Assembly (NCBI GenBank): GCA_951406725.2
Contig: OX597816.1
Span: 95,976,001 to 96,040,000 of the forward strand
Direction: 5' to 3'
DNA from: Octopus vulgaris
Taxonomy: Eukaryota
DNA: 64,000 nucleotides
In this document: piece by piece, positions 11,658 through 26,158 of the stretch
How positions within the stretch are numbered: position 1 is the stretch's first letter
Layout: each line of letters starts with the position of its first letter
Notes under the pieces: model-generated
The model's database searches: none
What the model was told of the DNA's origin: nothing
What the model saw: the letters and a program-made list of their open reading frames with translations, nothing else
Made by a program: the position numbers and the translations under genes

Positions 11658-11845
11658 TGTCGGCGATTTTCTTTCTCTGTCTTCCTTTCTTTGGACTTTT
11701 TCTATATTTCTGATGAAGAGCTCCGCTCGAAACGTGAAATCCTCTTTCTTTTCTTTCCTTTCCTGAGCGTCCAATAACACAGTACTTGAACCACATCCTC
11801 ACGTTGTTGTTTTTTCTTGCTTGTTCTTATTTGGATTGACTGCAT
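11658..11845 (+). mobile_element. ~200 bp HHR-bearing repeat, family A (solo pLTR/retrozyme-like)
   Basis: CTGATGA-A-GAGC-TCC-GCTC-GAAACGTG at 11710-11736. Body homologous to 17441-17655 and 39246-39376. Ends GGATTGACT + (TA)n. Confidence 0.8.
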
Positions 11846-12039
11846 ATATATATATATATTGACAAACAGGAGGTTGACAGAATTTAGGATAATCCTTTTT
11901 TAGCGCTTTTGTTCATTTTTTGAACTCGTCAAGACAAAATCAAAATCAAAATGGTAAAAACAGAACATTTCGTTGTTCATTTTTTTTTTTGCTTTGTTTA
12001 GAAAAGGAGAATATTGTTTTTGTTGTTTTGGAAAAAGGG

Positions 12040-12070
<31 letters not shown>

Positions 12071-12173
12071 GAGAGAGAAAGAAAAGCAAAGAGTGGGGAA
12101 ATAGATTGAGCGAGAGGTTTCAGGACAATCAAGAAAGAGGAGAAAAAATAATGTTTGGGAAAAGCATAGATAG

Positions 12174-12221
<48 letters not shown>

Positions 12222-12480
12222 AAAAAATGAAGTTCGAAAATGCTGCTGTATTATACAATTTTTTATTTTTATATATACATTATAACATGTTTCAGTTCCT
12301 GAAATGAACCTTATCAAAAAAAGTTATATATAAAAAAGACAGCTCATGCCGTCAAACACAAGAAATTCATATATAATACACAACGGAGTCAGACATCTTA
12401 GAGTTCATGTATAGTTGATATATAGTTTGAAGTAAGATCATTCATGCTATATGTTCAAAGTGTTCGATGCAGTGGCCCAC

Positions 12481-12513
<33 letters not shown>

Positions 12514-12931
12514 GTTTCTTCTCAATTTGATGAGGTCAATTCATTGAAATTTCCTTACAGACCACATTTTCTCACAAGGGCTGGTGGCCTTTCAAAGATG
12601 TCAACTTTTGCAGCATCAAGTAGATAGAGGAACCAAGAAAAGTGGGGAAGATAAGGTCATCGCTGAAAAATAAAAAAAGAGTTCAAAGTTCAAAGTTCTA
12701 TGAAAATGTATATTCCTTTAGACTGTATAACCAAGTCTCATATTCTGTATGATTCTATGTTCTGCATGAACAAACATTAAATATCAGTACAGTTTTCATA
12801 AATTAGGGAAAATAAAGTCAGAATATAAAAAAAGACATTTTGGTACTGTTTATAATTCAATCTGTTCTCTATGTAAATTTAATCAAACTTCATAAATTAG
12901 TTTTGTACATGCATATGTATATCTATATCTA

Positions 12932-13064
<133 letters not shown>

Positions 13065-13756
13065 GAATATTCTCTCAAGTTTTCGGCGTAGTGCCCTGAA
13101 AATATCAAATGCATCACACCAAGAAACTGTCCTTGAAAGACCTGTCTAATACTAATATACATTGGGGTCGAGATAATACATTCCAAACTCTAGATTATAT
13201 ATTTCTGAGCTGTCAAAATCATGTCAGAGCATTTATATTTTCTTTTAATTCTGTCCCATTACGTTCTGTCAAATAATTGTTTACAGCATCACGCTTAACT
13301 TTATCTGAGTATTCTATCGAAATTTCGTTAAGCTTCGATAATGATTATTGTGTTTTTTTTCTTTGTTTTAATTTGCTGAATAAGCAGTAAGGTTTACTGA
13401 CCTAACAATCTCAGATATCCATCGATATTAATTCACTCTGTCACCGTTCAATTATATAAAACATCTAAAAGAACACATGTAATAACTGTCTCGAAATTAA
13501 TACTTATGATTGTATACATTCATCCAGACACATTGACATTCAGACAAGGTCACACACACACACGCACACACACACACGCGCGCACACACACTCACACACA
13601 CATATATACACACACAATTACTCAGATATTGCTTACTATTGATATTGATAAGAGATCGCTATAATCATACTTCGGAGCTAGTTTTTATCTGATATATCTT
13701 ACTACATTTCTTATGCCAAGTGACTGAACCTAGTTTTCAAAACACACACACACACT

Positions 13757-13812
<56 letters not shown>

Positions 13813-16800
13813 CTCTCTCTCTCTCTCTCACACACACATATTACAGAAAAAAACAATATTTTGACTAGACAAAATATTGTCTGAGCCAGAAGTAAATAAG
13901 TATACACACAGACGAAAACACTGACAAATGACAGGCATTACAACACAAATCTCTACATCAGCTGTCTACCAATTCCAGATTGATTTCGACACCTAGAGGT
14001 TTTCTTTCTATCATGTTGTTTCAGTAGCGCTAAAACGGCTCTAGCTAAACTAATCAGAAGATAGAATAACAAAAGAAATTATTGGACAAAATACTGCATA
14101 TAGATTATGACTGTCACGACATTGATGTACAACATATAGCGCAAATGCCAAATATATCAGCGTGCATGTGTGTGCGTGAGTTTTAATGGCAAATGTTCTC
14201 GAGACATATTTAACAGTTAAAGTTTTGTTTCGTTGTTTTGTGATTCCAAACTTTAATTTATGCGTCAATTCTTCTAATTTAAAAAAGAAAAATCGAGCAT
14301 TGACTGCAAGTTAATATATATTATCTCTATAATTAGATTTCCAAGTTTGTAAATATGTAGAGAACCTCATATTTGCTGCCAACATAAATGGAAAAATGAA
14401 AAATAAAAAACGGAACGCATAAATAATATTTTCATATCTTGAGAAATATATAGAATTCAACATTAATTTGATTTAGTTAAAACTAATATTATTTAAGGCT
14501 TTCTTGAACGCTTATTTTAGAAATAACAGATATTTCAGAAATTTAATTAAAGAATATTTCTTATGTGCGCATAAAGCCATAAAAGTGTATTAGAAATGGG
14601 TAGATATAACTAAATTTTCGTCTCTTCTGCAACAAGCTTAATCCTCATCCTCCACCCGGTTTAACAGACCCACCATGTCCTTGGGAAGTTTTAGCAGGGT
14701 TTTGAGGTAACTCCATATTTATCGACGTACCGCTTCCCATTACAGTAGGCAAGCTGAAAGAGTTGTTATGGCCCGAACAGTTACTTTGCAGTATTTCTAC
14801 CCGGTCTCTGTGTTTTGACATGAAATCCCGCTCAGATTAATTTTGCCTTTACTCTTTGCCGATACCGTAAAGTACAATTATTTCCCCCGGAATCAGCCAT
14901 TATGCGTTAGGAAGTGTTGTGGAGGACCATTTACTGCGTCCTTTTTATTTCCAGAACTGGAAAGTATTAGAAACGGCATCATATTGAAAAACTTGTACGC
15001 AGTTGGAACTCTCCAGGGACGGATTGATGTTCAGTAGAACATGGAACGGAAATAAAGAAGGCTCCTTATTACAGCAACCCACGAGTGACTTATGGTTTTC
15101 TTTTAATTTTTCTTTAGGTTTCCATGCTATAATAAAAATTCATAAAAAGCTTATCAGAACTTGGAATATACACAATCGAAGCTAAATTCAGTAAATATGT
15201 CCGAAGCTTTACTGTTATTTCAATTTTACAGTCGTTTGGAATGAAGATAAAAAAAAACTGATTGCTTACTTTAACATAAGTCCATATACCATAAGAAGAA
15301 AAATTAAACTTAAAATATTGCTGCTGTTGTTAGAATTAAAAAAGTTTCCTTTATATTTTTTTTATTTTTACATAAAAGTTTACACATTAAAATTTTGATA
15401 TTACATATTTATACATTTAAAAAGTCACAAAATAGCAATATAAGCAAAATTGACAATGAAATATAACCTTAAGTTTTTTTTTATTTTTAAAGAACAAACT
15501 AAAGAGTCATTTCTACATTTTGCACACTCAATTTGATTATTAGCTTTCTTTTTCTAAAAATATTCCTCTAAATCTCAATAGAAAATACTTTGTTTTCTGA
15601 TAAGAGAAACTTTAAAGAAATGAATTCTTTCGTTTCTTAAAATATCTTTTTTTACTACTTTTTACTCTTTTGAATTACATATACATGAGTCTAATATTAT
15701 AATACAATATCTGTGATTTAAAATTGTTGCATAATGAGTTTTGTTAAGAAAATGAAATAAAAAAATATATAATACCAAAATTAAGACAGAGATGTTTCAG
15801 TTTAATACAAAGAAATTTTAAAATAAAAACATTAACTTAAAGTGGTTTGCAAACATTTCAGAAATATATTTAGCAAATTCTAACTAAGTTGTTTTCCAAG
15901 TTCAGTACATAAGAATATTCTAGCACTCTGTACCCGCATTTTTCTTTCTGTTACTGCTTGTTCTGTTACGTTTCCAGATTCAATATTTAAGAATATTCTA
16001 GGATTCTGCGTCCGCATTTTTCATTCTAGTCCTTTTTTCCCCCAGGCATCGACTCTATTATTATAATTAATTATATGTACTTCTATAATTGACAGAAATG
16101 ATACTATTCTAAATATTTTTAAAATAAGGAATTTGCTCGCATCTAAATTTTGCTTACACCTAAAAATAATAATGGATTAATAGCAGCATATCTGTAATAA
16201 ATAAATATACTTTTAAGCAATGTTTATTCTAAAATAATAATATATTCTAATTAAATATATTTCTAAAACCAGTTCCTGACTAATCTTCCACAATATGATG
16301 AATCTCTACAAGAAACAATCATTCTGTGATTGAATGGTATTTACATTATAATATACATGCATTATAATATACATGCTTCAAAATGACACACATACACACA
16401 CATACACACAAAAAGACAAAGACAAGTAAGGGAACATGAAATAGGGTGTATTAGTTTGACTCATACCTGTATTTGTATGAATGTGTGTACATATGTGTGC
16501 GTCTGCGCGTGTGTATGTGTGTGGTGTGTGTGTGTGTATATTTATACATGTGGTGTGATCACGTGTTTGACAAAATGATCGAATGTTACACATCGCAGGT
16601 CACAATGCGCTTTGCACCGATTTAGCTTTCGAATGAGTTTTGAAGAACGTATAAACGAAATAATAAAAAAAAAAAAGAAAAGTCAAAACGTTATTTTGCT
16701 ATGATACATACTACATCATTGTACCCTCAGATGCAATTGAAAAGACCCTTTAAGAGGGCATTATTTATCAGCTAAGACACTGAATTTCAACAAAAGAATA

Positions 16801-17440
16801 GGTTTACTACATGATTTTACAACATCTGATTTCATTCAGGATGTGCCTGCTGTGACTAAGATCAAATTAAAGAACTTTACTACCTATTCCAACGTTTGCC
16901 TACCCAAATATCAAAACAAGTATAACATCACCACACACTTCTCCCTCCCCTTTATCATTATCATTCCTTTCCCTTTCCATCGACTTTAATTCTTCCCTAC
17001 CAGATGCACACAAAACTGCTCACATATCTCAGTCAACTCTTTGATTGGTGAAAAATGATAAGCGTCCTTCGGTTATACATTCGCTGCTTCTAACGTTAAT
17101 GCCATATCTCCTGATGAAATAAACACATGAACTATGATCCACCTGATGTCCATGGATACTGCAGAACGTATTGTAATCAACCAAAGAATACGGACTGTAT
17201 TCGTAGGAAACATGTGATTTGTAGAAACGCGTGTAGCGATGCATTAAAATATTTATAAATTCCACCATGGATTATTACTATTATCACTATATTTATCCTA
17301 TCGGCACAGTTCGGCACAACTCCATAAAACCGCTATTGCAAGATAGTATCATTAGGCTGTAGCCGACACAATAAAACAGGAGCTTTTATATGCCTACTCA
17401 AAAACGTTTGTCGTAAACGAACTTAAAGGATATATATATA

Positions 17441-17655
17441 TAGTTAATCCAAACATGAAAACACAAAGAGAAAACATAACAACGCGAGGACGTGGAACAA
17501 GTATAGTGTTATTGGACGCTCAGGAAAGAGAAGAAAGAAGGGGGATTTAACGTTTCGAGCGGAGCTCTTCGTCAGAAACATAGAAAAAGAAAGGTCCAAG
17601 GAAGGGAAGACGGAGGAAAAAAAATCGCCAACGATACACACGCAGTCACATTTTT
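17441..17655 (-). mobile_element. HHR-bearing repeat, family A (best-preserved core)
   Basis: Minus strand GTTT-CTGACGA-A-GAGC-TCC-GCTC-GAAACGTT-AAAT (17545-17579). Ends GGATTAACT + (TA)n. Confidence 0.85.
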
Positions 17656-20600
17656 ATATATCTTATATGGAGAGAGCGAAAAAGAAAAGAAAAAGGAAGA
17701 TATTAACCAAATGTGTAACGAGATAGTAAGAAGAAGCGGAAAAATCGATGGGTCGATAAGATTGACCTATTATATTCGATTTCCTGCAATTATCGGGGGT
17801 GGGGAATGCGATATGAGTGAAATATATAATTCCCTAATAGATGAACAACATGGTTATCATACCTCATCATCATCATAATTCTCATCGTCATCATCATCGT
17901 CGTCGTCATGTTACCTTAAAATATTTGAGTGGTTCTGCTACAAGAAAAGATGATTAAAAGTTTCTTCAGACCCTCCTACAAATTGCAAATGATTCATCTT
18001 ATTCTGGTTGCATGATTGCAGCTCTTCTAATGCATAGTCAACGTCACCATGCCCAATCCGATGATATCGAATAACAAAAAGCGTTAGAAATGTTTAGGAT
18101 TAATTCCATATTACAAGTCCTTTCCCTCTTAGCATCATATAGTACCACATTGTGCATCTGGTTCGCAAACAGGTGGTAGAACACAGCCTCAGCCATTATA
18201 AGGATATTTTAGTCATACATATGTACCACATTGTAATGGATCACTCTATAGACAAAGTTTTTATTGCAGTGATCATTTCCTTCAATAAATACAGCTTAGT
18301 ATGCATAAAGTGATTGATAAAATATGGTTATGCCAAACTACAACTTTTAATACATTTAAGGTAATGTGCTGTCTTGCGAACTTAGCATAGAAAGAAACTA
18401 TATTGAAGACAATGACAAAAGACCTACATCAATAGTTGACTGATTAACACATATCTTAGGGATACAACGGGCTTTGTAATCATTGAACTGTTAAACACTT
18501 TTTTGTTCACACAACTACTACACATAGTGTGTTTTCTTCCTTGAGTATATAACATTTGATCTATATCTTGAGCTATGTATTTTAATTTCTTATTTCCTTC
18601 CAAAATAACAGTTCCTTAGTTCAAGGTAATCATTCATAAGGTAATTACAGATTAAGAACCAGCTTATTACATGAAGTTATTTCTTTTTCCAGTAGAGTTA
18701 CAAGGATATTTTACAAGGTCAAATATTTGAAATGTTAAGTGTTTCATTGAACATGGATGGAATCTGTATTGATTCCACCATGATTTGAAATCGGAAATTT
18801 AAAGTAATGTAATTAAATACGAAGCATATTACAGATACTCTACTAACTCCTAACTACAACGTTTCTATTCATTCTCAATACCCTCTGGCAGATTCAAAAG
18901 CTATGTTTTGTCATTGAAGAAAATCGTCTTCCTTGAGACGATGTATCTTCGTAAGACATGCAATTCACTGGAATAATGGGACTTTAAGACACTGCAAGAT
19001 GTTGACCTTATTTTGTATCTGCTCAGTCGAAGATACCCTTCCAGACAGATGTATCTAAAAAGAGCACAGGGTCTTGCTTACAGAAATCATAAAGGAAACT
19101 ATTTAATGGTGCATGCTGATATCTGCTGATGTCTAGATAACAATTCATGCAGTGCATACGGGACAACGAGAATCTAAATAAATTATTATGCGTCTGCCAG
19201 ACATCAGAATCCATTAGTAAATAATTTGTTTGCTGATTTCTATAAACAAGAGCCTGTGCTCACTGAACTTTGACTGAGAAAACACACAGTAAGGATTTTA
19301 AAAAGTGCGCTGTCTCAAAGTTCTCTTACGCTGGTGAATTGCGTTTGTTTTGAACACATTTTCGTAATGGTGATGTTCTAGAATGACGAAAGAGAATAGC
19401 GACCTGATCATCCCGTTAGAGCCTACCAGAACCTATTGTGAATGACTTGATATGTTATTGTATGGATTCATTGTTCTGTGTACACCTGATGAATTATAAC
19501 ATACTCTTCTATTACACATAAATTACGACTCGCTCGTATATACTGTGTTTGTTTGATTAATTAACGTGACGAATTTGGTATTAAACTGTGTGAGACTTGG
19601 TTGCTCTTTCCATTTGTTTATGAGGCCACTTGTTGTCTCTAGAATATATGTGGTGTTTTCCTTGTCTGTGCTTCTGTATATGTCTAAATATGCATATTAT
19701 TGCATTAAGTCATACCATATTTACTCTTTCTAGTAGGCAATGCTTTATATGCATTTTTACCTACTTTTATTTGAAGAACGGTTAATTACCAAAGTAGAAA
19801 TTCTTTAATATTTTGACCGTAAGATTTCTGTTAGGCTAAGAGAATAACTCGGAATAAAAGACTGTCGATATGAACAACTAAGAATAAGATAGTAACTAAT
19901 ATTACAAGAGAAACCATAGTTGTGTTGCGGCGATGCGGAAGATGATTATGCTAAGTTGAGAAAGAGAAAGAGAGTGGAAAGGGAAAGAGAGTGGAAAGGG
20001 AGAGGCAGTTAGAGAGAGAGGTGGTAATATTGGTTGTTGTAGTTGTTGTAGTTGTTACCATCACCACAACTATTATGATTATCAGTTCATATTTATATAT
20101 ATATATATATGTTTATTGTTATTCGTAAAAATACCTCATTGCTATTGAGTTTTTCATATGCTAGATTATGATACAACTTTAATTATGAGAATTTACTTTA
20201 CTTAAGAACTTCGAAGCGCTTTTAGCATTAAGTAGAAATTTGTTAAAATGCTATAAAACTGAATTCTTGTTGACTTAATTTTATTTCTATTCTACATTCT
20301 ACGATGTTCTGTCAAAAGGCATAAACCTTGGAAACTTAGTTGGTATTCAAACATTAAAAACTATGAACTGTATTGTGTTAATATAGTACCGATATCCCCA
20401 GAATTTATATCGATGCATCTTGTATATGAATAAGCCATGACCACAATCATATTGTTGTTGTTAGTCATAGTGATGACGGAAGATGAGATAATGAATTGAA
20501 ATATGAATTTTAAAATGTGGATGAATTAACGAACATGCCTAAATGCTTATAGTTGCTGTAATAAATGTTGATGTTTGTTTATTGTTGGTAGTCGTATTGC

Positions 20601-21029
20601 CAATATGGGTGGTTATGTTTGTTTCTTGATTGCAACTGCAGTGTTGTTCACTGTTGAAGATTGTTTGTTGAAGGCAATTATGGTTGTAATTGAAGCGGCA
20701 CCAATTTGTTTTCTCTTTCTGGTGGATTTTTAAAACCACTTATAATAATTTTATAGTGAAAATGAATAAGTCATGTTTCCCGTGAAATGTCTAAAGATCC
20801 GACTAATTATTAAAATAGTTTCATAGTGGCGTGAGAATATATATTTATGATTCGAAGTAAAGGAAATTATGACTTACACGCTATCCTAAATGGTATTATT
20901 GCTCATGATATGAAGACATTCAGAGACGAAACAGATGTATTTTGAGCTCATGAAGACCATCAAATCTCAATTTGACTTTATTGTTTTGGTCATTAAAACA
21001 TAGTTCTCTGAGCCTCTCCAAATTCGCTG

Positions 21030-21440
21030 TGTCCAACGCGGTTAACGTTCTTTTTTAATAATTCCAAAGCGGTTGCAGAGAGAGATATCCAGTGAGCCTT
21101 AAATTTGAAGTGCAATGTCTTGGTGTAGTCACTAGAACAGGACTTGTGAAGAGATTCAATATGCTTGACGAGAAAAGGAGACTCGAGTGGAACGAATGTA
21201 CCAAGGTGGAGATGACACAAGACTAGGTGTGCTCTGAGGAGGAAGAGGTCACAATAGGGATGGCAGAAGACAATCAAAGAGGAGACAACCTATTTGTGTG
21301 TCAGAGGTGTTATTAAAAGTAACAATCGAGATAAGATGTGCTTGGTCACTGAATTGTAGCACTGAGTACGAGATGACATCCTCGGAAACTCCACCATACC
21401 AGGAACTGTGACTAACAGTACTCACAAAACATGGCATACT
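21030..21440 (-). mobile_element. Decayed LINE RT C-terminus (Jockey/CR1/Crack-like)
   Basis: VSSLIVFCHPY...HWISL...LELLKKNVNRV resembles the VASLxLFYRYY...LWNSLP...FKxxVN C-terminus. Confidence 0.4.
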
Positions 21441-21624
21441 GTTCTAATTAATACCACCACTGTCATCTGCCGCATTCACTTCTTCACTTTTGCAGCTTTT
21501 CAAAGCCAAAAGGACCTTTAAAACTGTTTTTCTGTCACAGCTATAACAACTTGGGCTTTGCACTATACCGTCACTATACCATCACTTTTCCCTCAGTTTT
21601 ATACCCATTGTCTCCATTCTCCCA

Positions 21625-21985
21625 TCTGGGCCAGGTTTCCGAATGGCTTTGTGATTTTTGGTAGTCATTAAGATTTGTAAGTTAATCCACATCCCTTTTC
21701 TAATCAAAATTTGCCTATCATCACTGATTCGGTAGCCACCCGTCCATACTGTGTCTCAAAGCTGACAAGCCAGGTATCAACATTATTGTTGGTACCTCTG
21801 ACCATAACTTTTATTTCTCTGTCCTAAATACTGGGACAGGATTGTTTGGACAGGGATGTGTCGGATTATTTCACCCAGGATTTGTATAAAACTTTCCGGC
21901 TATAAAGTAACCCAAACAGGCCAGTATGTCTTATCATGCTCGACCGAGAAATTTCTCCCTTATCTTCTTGAGAAGCCCTTCCAGT
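21625..21985 (-). mobile_element. Possible decayed Hero/R2-group LINE internal fragment
   Basis: Broken frames give ILSQYL...LWSEVP...LIRKG, resembling the post-RT region of Hero elements. Weak. Confidence 0.3.
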
Positions 21986-23496
21986 TATTATTTTATCGAC
22001 AACTGGTAAAATCCGTTATTTTAAACACTGATACATGAATTGCATTGGAGTTGTGTGAGTGATCAGGTCACAGTTGTGCAACGAAAATTTTGATAACTCA
22101 TGCAATAAAGACAAATACATTTGTCTTTATTGTCAACATTTCATATGCTTCAAGATAAAAGACTGTTACAGATCACAGGGTTTTTTCTCGTGGCATTCTT
22201 ATTCAAGAAAAGTCACTCCCTGACGCTAGGACTCCCAGTAGAATACCAAACAGGCAAAAATAGACCCATATGTAATGATGATATCTTGGTAGGTAAACTG
22301 TGTCTGTGTGTGTGCATGTGTGTGTGTATGTGTGTTAGCGATTGTTCGCCATATTTTTAGAATGCTTTAAAATCATTATGATATGCTAAAATCTCTTCCT
22401 TCTCTTTGCTTGTGATGATCATCTGTACATTCTCGGATTTTCTTGCTTCCTTTTTGTTTGAGATCTGTGATGTTCTCTTCACACATTTTCTTCCGGTTGC
22501 GTCTGCTCATGTTGCTTTGATTTTCCATGTTTACCATAAAGAGCTGATGAAAGTAAGAAATATATCTAAAAATGGGAACCTATCATTGAATTGGACAGAA
22601 CCTCTCAATGTTGGAAATTTATTGTAGTTGTAATGCTGTTCTTCCCGTTAACGCTGCTGGTACTTAGCTTAGGCAGCGCTGCTACTGTAGACCAATGACC
22701 ATTATTAGTATTTTGGGGGTACTAAATCGGACTGTGTGTCACTCATTTTTCAAGTGAGTGAGAAGATCGTGGAACTACACAGAGACACCATCGTTCACTC
22801 AGCTCAAAAGTGTAGACACCAGACGAAGACGATCTGAGAATTAATACCTGTTCAGAGAGATGCCGTGTCCATCGAAGCTAAAACTATTGACAGAACTAAC
22901 TGAAAAATAAAGAAAGAAAAGTAGGAAATTGGAAAAAGAAAACAATATGACAATAGGACACTTTAAAATCTATCGAAAATTTAGTGTATATTGATTCATG
23001 CACACTATATAATTTAATTGAATTACACATCAAAACAAAGCGCATACACATTGACAACAGATATATGTTTTAAGTATATATTTGTGTATGTATGTGTGTG
23101 TGTGTGAGTGAGTGTGTGTGTGTGTATGTATGCATGTATGTATGTATATGTATGTATGCATGTATGTATGTATGTATCTATCTATCTATATATATATTTA
23201 TATACACACACACACATAAATATGCATATATATAATTATATATATATGTATATAGTATATATCCTTACACACACATGCGCACATCACAAACCCACACGCA
23301 TACACATGGATGTATCGTTCGAAAATTTTCCTAAATATACATATATATATCTACATTTGCGGAAAGTGTGAAAGCTTGCTCTCACGAAGTTTTAATAATC
23401 AAATAAATTATATATGATTAGCTTCTGTCGTTAAAATATAGATTATATTGATTTAGTTTACAACGTTCTATAAAATGTCGTATTATATATCTTTGT

Positions 23497-23530
<34 letters not shown>

Positions 23531-23596
23531 TCATCAATATTGTTATTGTTATATAATAGAATTATTGTTGTTGTTGTTGTTGTTGTTATTATTATT

Positions 23597-23966
23597 ATCT
23601 CCGCCTTAGCGAAGGCGGAGGTATTGTTTTCATTCGCGTTTGTTTGTTTGTTTGTTTGTCCGTGGACAATGCATCTCAAGGACCGCTGGATAGACTCAGA
23701 TAAAACTTTCAGGGATGTTTGGCCTCATAAATGGCACGAACCGATTAGATTTTGGGATCGATCTGGTACCGGACAGGTTTTCTGGATTATTTTTCCGGAT
23801 TTTTTACTTAATTTTTGAGAGTGGTCGGGTTCATTTTTAGCATTCCCATTTGTGAGAGCAGTTGAGTTTATTTTAGATATTCTCATTTTAAAAATCCTCT
23901 CCGGGTAATCGTTGAGAGGATGTTGATGTTGCCTTAGAGGAGGTTTGCGCTCCCTGAGTGCTCTTA
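23597..23966 (+). mobile_element. Non-autonomous Helentron/DINE-1 (HINE)-like element
   Basis: 5' hairpin CTCCGCCTT/AAGGCGGAG, internal (GTTT)n, subterminal GGAGGT partner and 3' stem-loop GCGCTC-CCT-GAGTGC, flanked by (TAT)n. Confidence 0.7.
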
Positions 23967-25886
23967 TTATTATCATTACTATTATTATTTTCATTATCAT
24001 CTTTCAATTCTGTTTCCATTTCTTACCGAGTGTCTTTCTGACACCTAGGGCAAAGAAACGCACTGTATACATTGGTAAGCCATTAAAATAAACAAACAAG
24101 GTTGTTCATTTACAAAGTCATGTGATAGAGACAATGAGAAGAAAGACAGAGAGAAAAAGGAAAAAATAGAAAAGGAAAATGTAAACCACCTCCTCCTGTG
24201 GGATGAAATTAAAATAATAGACAGAGAGCATAACGAAAACTAAAAGAAGCAGCACATATGTTAGGACACAACAACCTCTTAAGCAGACCGAGTGCATATA
24301 TGAACAGCATATGGGAATCGGTATTAAGGAAGGAGAGGAAAATATTAGATTTACAAGCCCTTCAATATTTTTGTAAAACTTCAAAAATGAGTGCAGCTAA
24401 GTTCAGAGAGAGAGAGAGAGAGGAGAGAGAGAGAAGAGAGAGAGGAGAGAGAGAGGAGAGAGAGAGGAGAGAGAGAGAGGTCTTGTGGGGTTACATTTCA
24501 GTGTTGGTTTTACAAGCTATTGAATTAAAAATATTTTCGAAACGATGCGATTGAAATACTGACAAACTTCTAAATGGTTATACTAAAATATTATATGAAA
24601 TATGTTCTCTGTTTATAAAAGCAGAGTCATGAAAATCCATGATTGTTGGATGTCGTTAAAACTATACCTAGATTTTCATAGTAAATGGAAACTCGCTAGG
24701 AAGCGAGCAAACAGCAGAAGTCTTCAAAGAAGACTCTCGTGGAACAAGTGTTTCGGCTCGTTAGTTAATGACATGTAAAGGGAGCCGAACCCACCTAGGT
24801 TATGATTCCTAGGTGTCCTGTTGTTTTTGAAATCTCACATCTGGCAGGGATTGAACTCGGAACTTTTGAAAGATCTTCTTTGTCTGAACTGTGGTGTATC
24901 TTACTCGGTCACGAAGACCACCGCAAGAATTAGCGCAATGAATCTGTTTGAAATTGGTTTTCCATTCTATTATGTCTAAGATCTATGTAATGAGCAAGAA
25001 GGGCAATTCGAACTCGATATTCGAACAATGGAAACATGATTACAGTTGATTCTGGAATGAAGCATGGTGGCTCAGTTATTTGTGGAAGCCATGTCGATAT
25101 GAGCTAGATCAGAATTGTTTGAAAAAATCATATTCACACGATTTGAAAAAAAAATTGCGTATAGCACGTATTCTTCCATAAAATGTAAATGGAAACTATG
25201 ATATAAAAATGAGGTTAATATTGATCATGCATTGATTAATTACGTATGTGCAGTGAGTTTAGGTTCAAGCAATAAACAAATTTTTGTAAAAAATGTTATT
25301 TCATAAATTTTAAGCATAAAATTGAGAAAAATAAATTAAATTGAGAAAAATAAAAGCTGTCATACCTATAATATAAAATTGACATGCCGAAGAAAACCTA
25401 AAGGCAGATCAGGAATTAGCATTCATAACATTAAGGAAAGGTAGTTTTCATCTTCGATTATAAAAATACTTTTTTGTTGACCAGTGTTAGAAGAAATGGA
25501 GAAGAATGAAACTGAATAAAAGAGCGAAATATTATGGATGTCATCATAGAGCACATTATTAAATTCAGTAATTGACAGAGTATATAGTATAACTGTAATG
25601 GAAATTGAATTAAATCATTCATATGGTATTTTTATGAGTATATATTTATTCAAAGCCTTTCTTCATATTTTTTTCAGGGAGTAAATTTCCACTTCCTCAT
25701 GACAACAATTGAATGGCAAAGGAATCGAAATTTTTCAATATATCGAGTAAAAACGCTCAAATTTTTATCCGTATTTAATCTTGTGCGTTAATATAATTCT
25801 ATGGGTCATTGTATGATACAAATCCCAATCATGATATTACCCACCATTCTTTTTTTTTTTGAGGTGGGGAGAGTGAAACATTTGCA

Positions 25887-26070
25887 ATAATGATGACAAC
25901 GATGATGACGACGATGCCGCCGCTGTTGCTGTTGCTGCTGCTGCTGCTAACAATGATAATAATAATAATAATGATAATAATGATAATAATAATAATAGTA
26001 GTAGTAATAATAATAATAATAGTAGTAGTAGTAATAATAGTAGTAGTAGTAATAATAGTAGTAGTAGTAT

Positions 26071-26111
<41 letters not shown>

Positions 26112-26158
26112 ATAATAATAATAATAATAACAGCAACAACAACAACAATAATAACAGC
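25887..26158 (+). repeat. Compound trinucleotide microsatellite (GAT/GCT/AAT/TAG/AAC)
   Basis: Directly visible. Explains the poly-L/poly-V ORFs. Confidence 0.95.

Noticed and set aside
17029-17268. 79 aa ORF, and a CTGATGA at ~17112 as an HHR
   Set aside because: No recognisable domain, and no stem II or GAAA partner.
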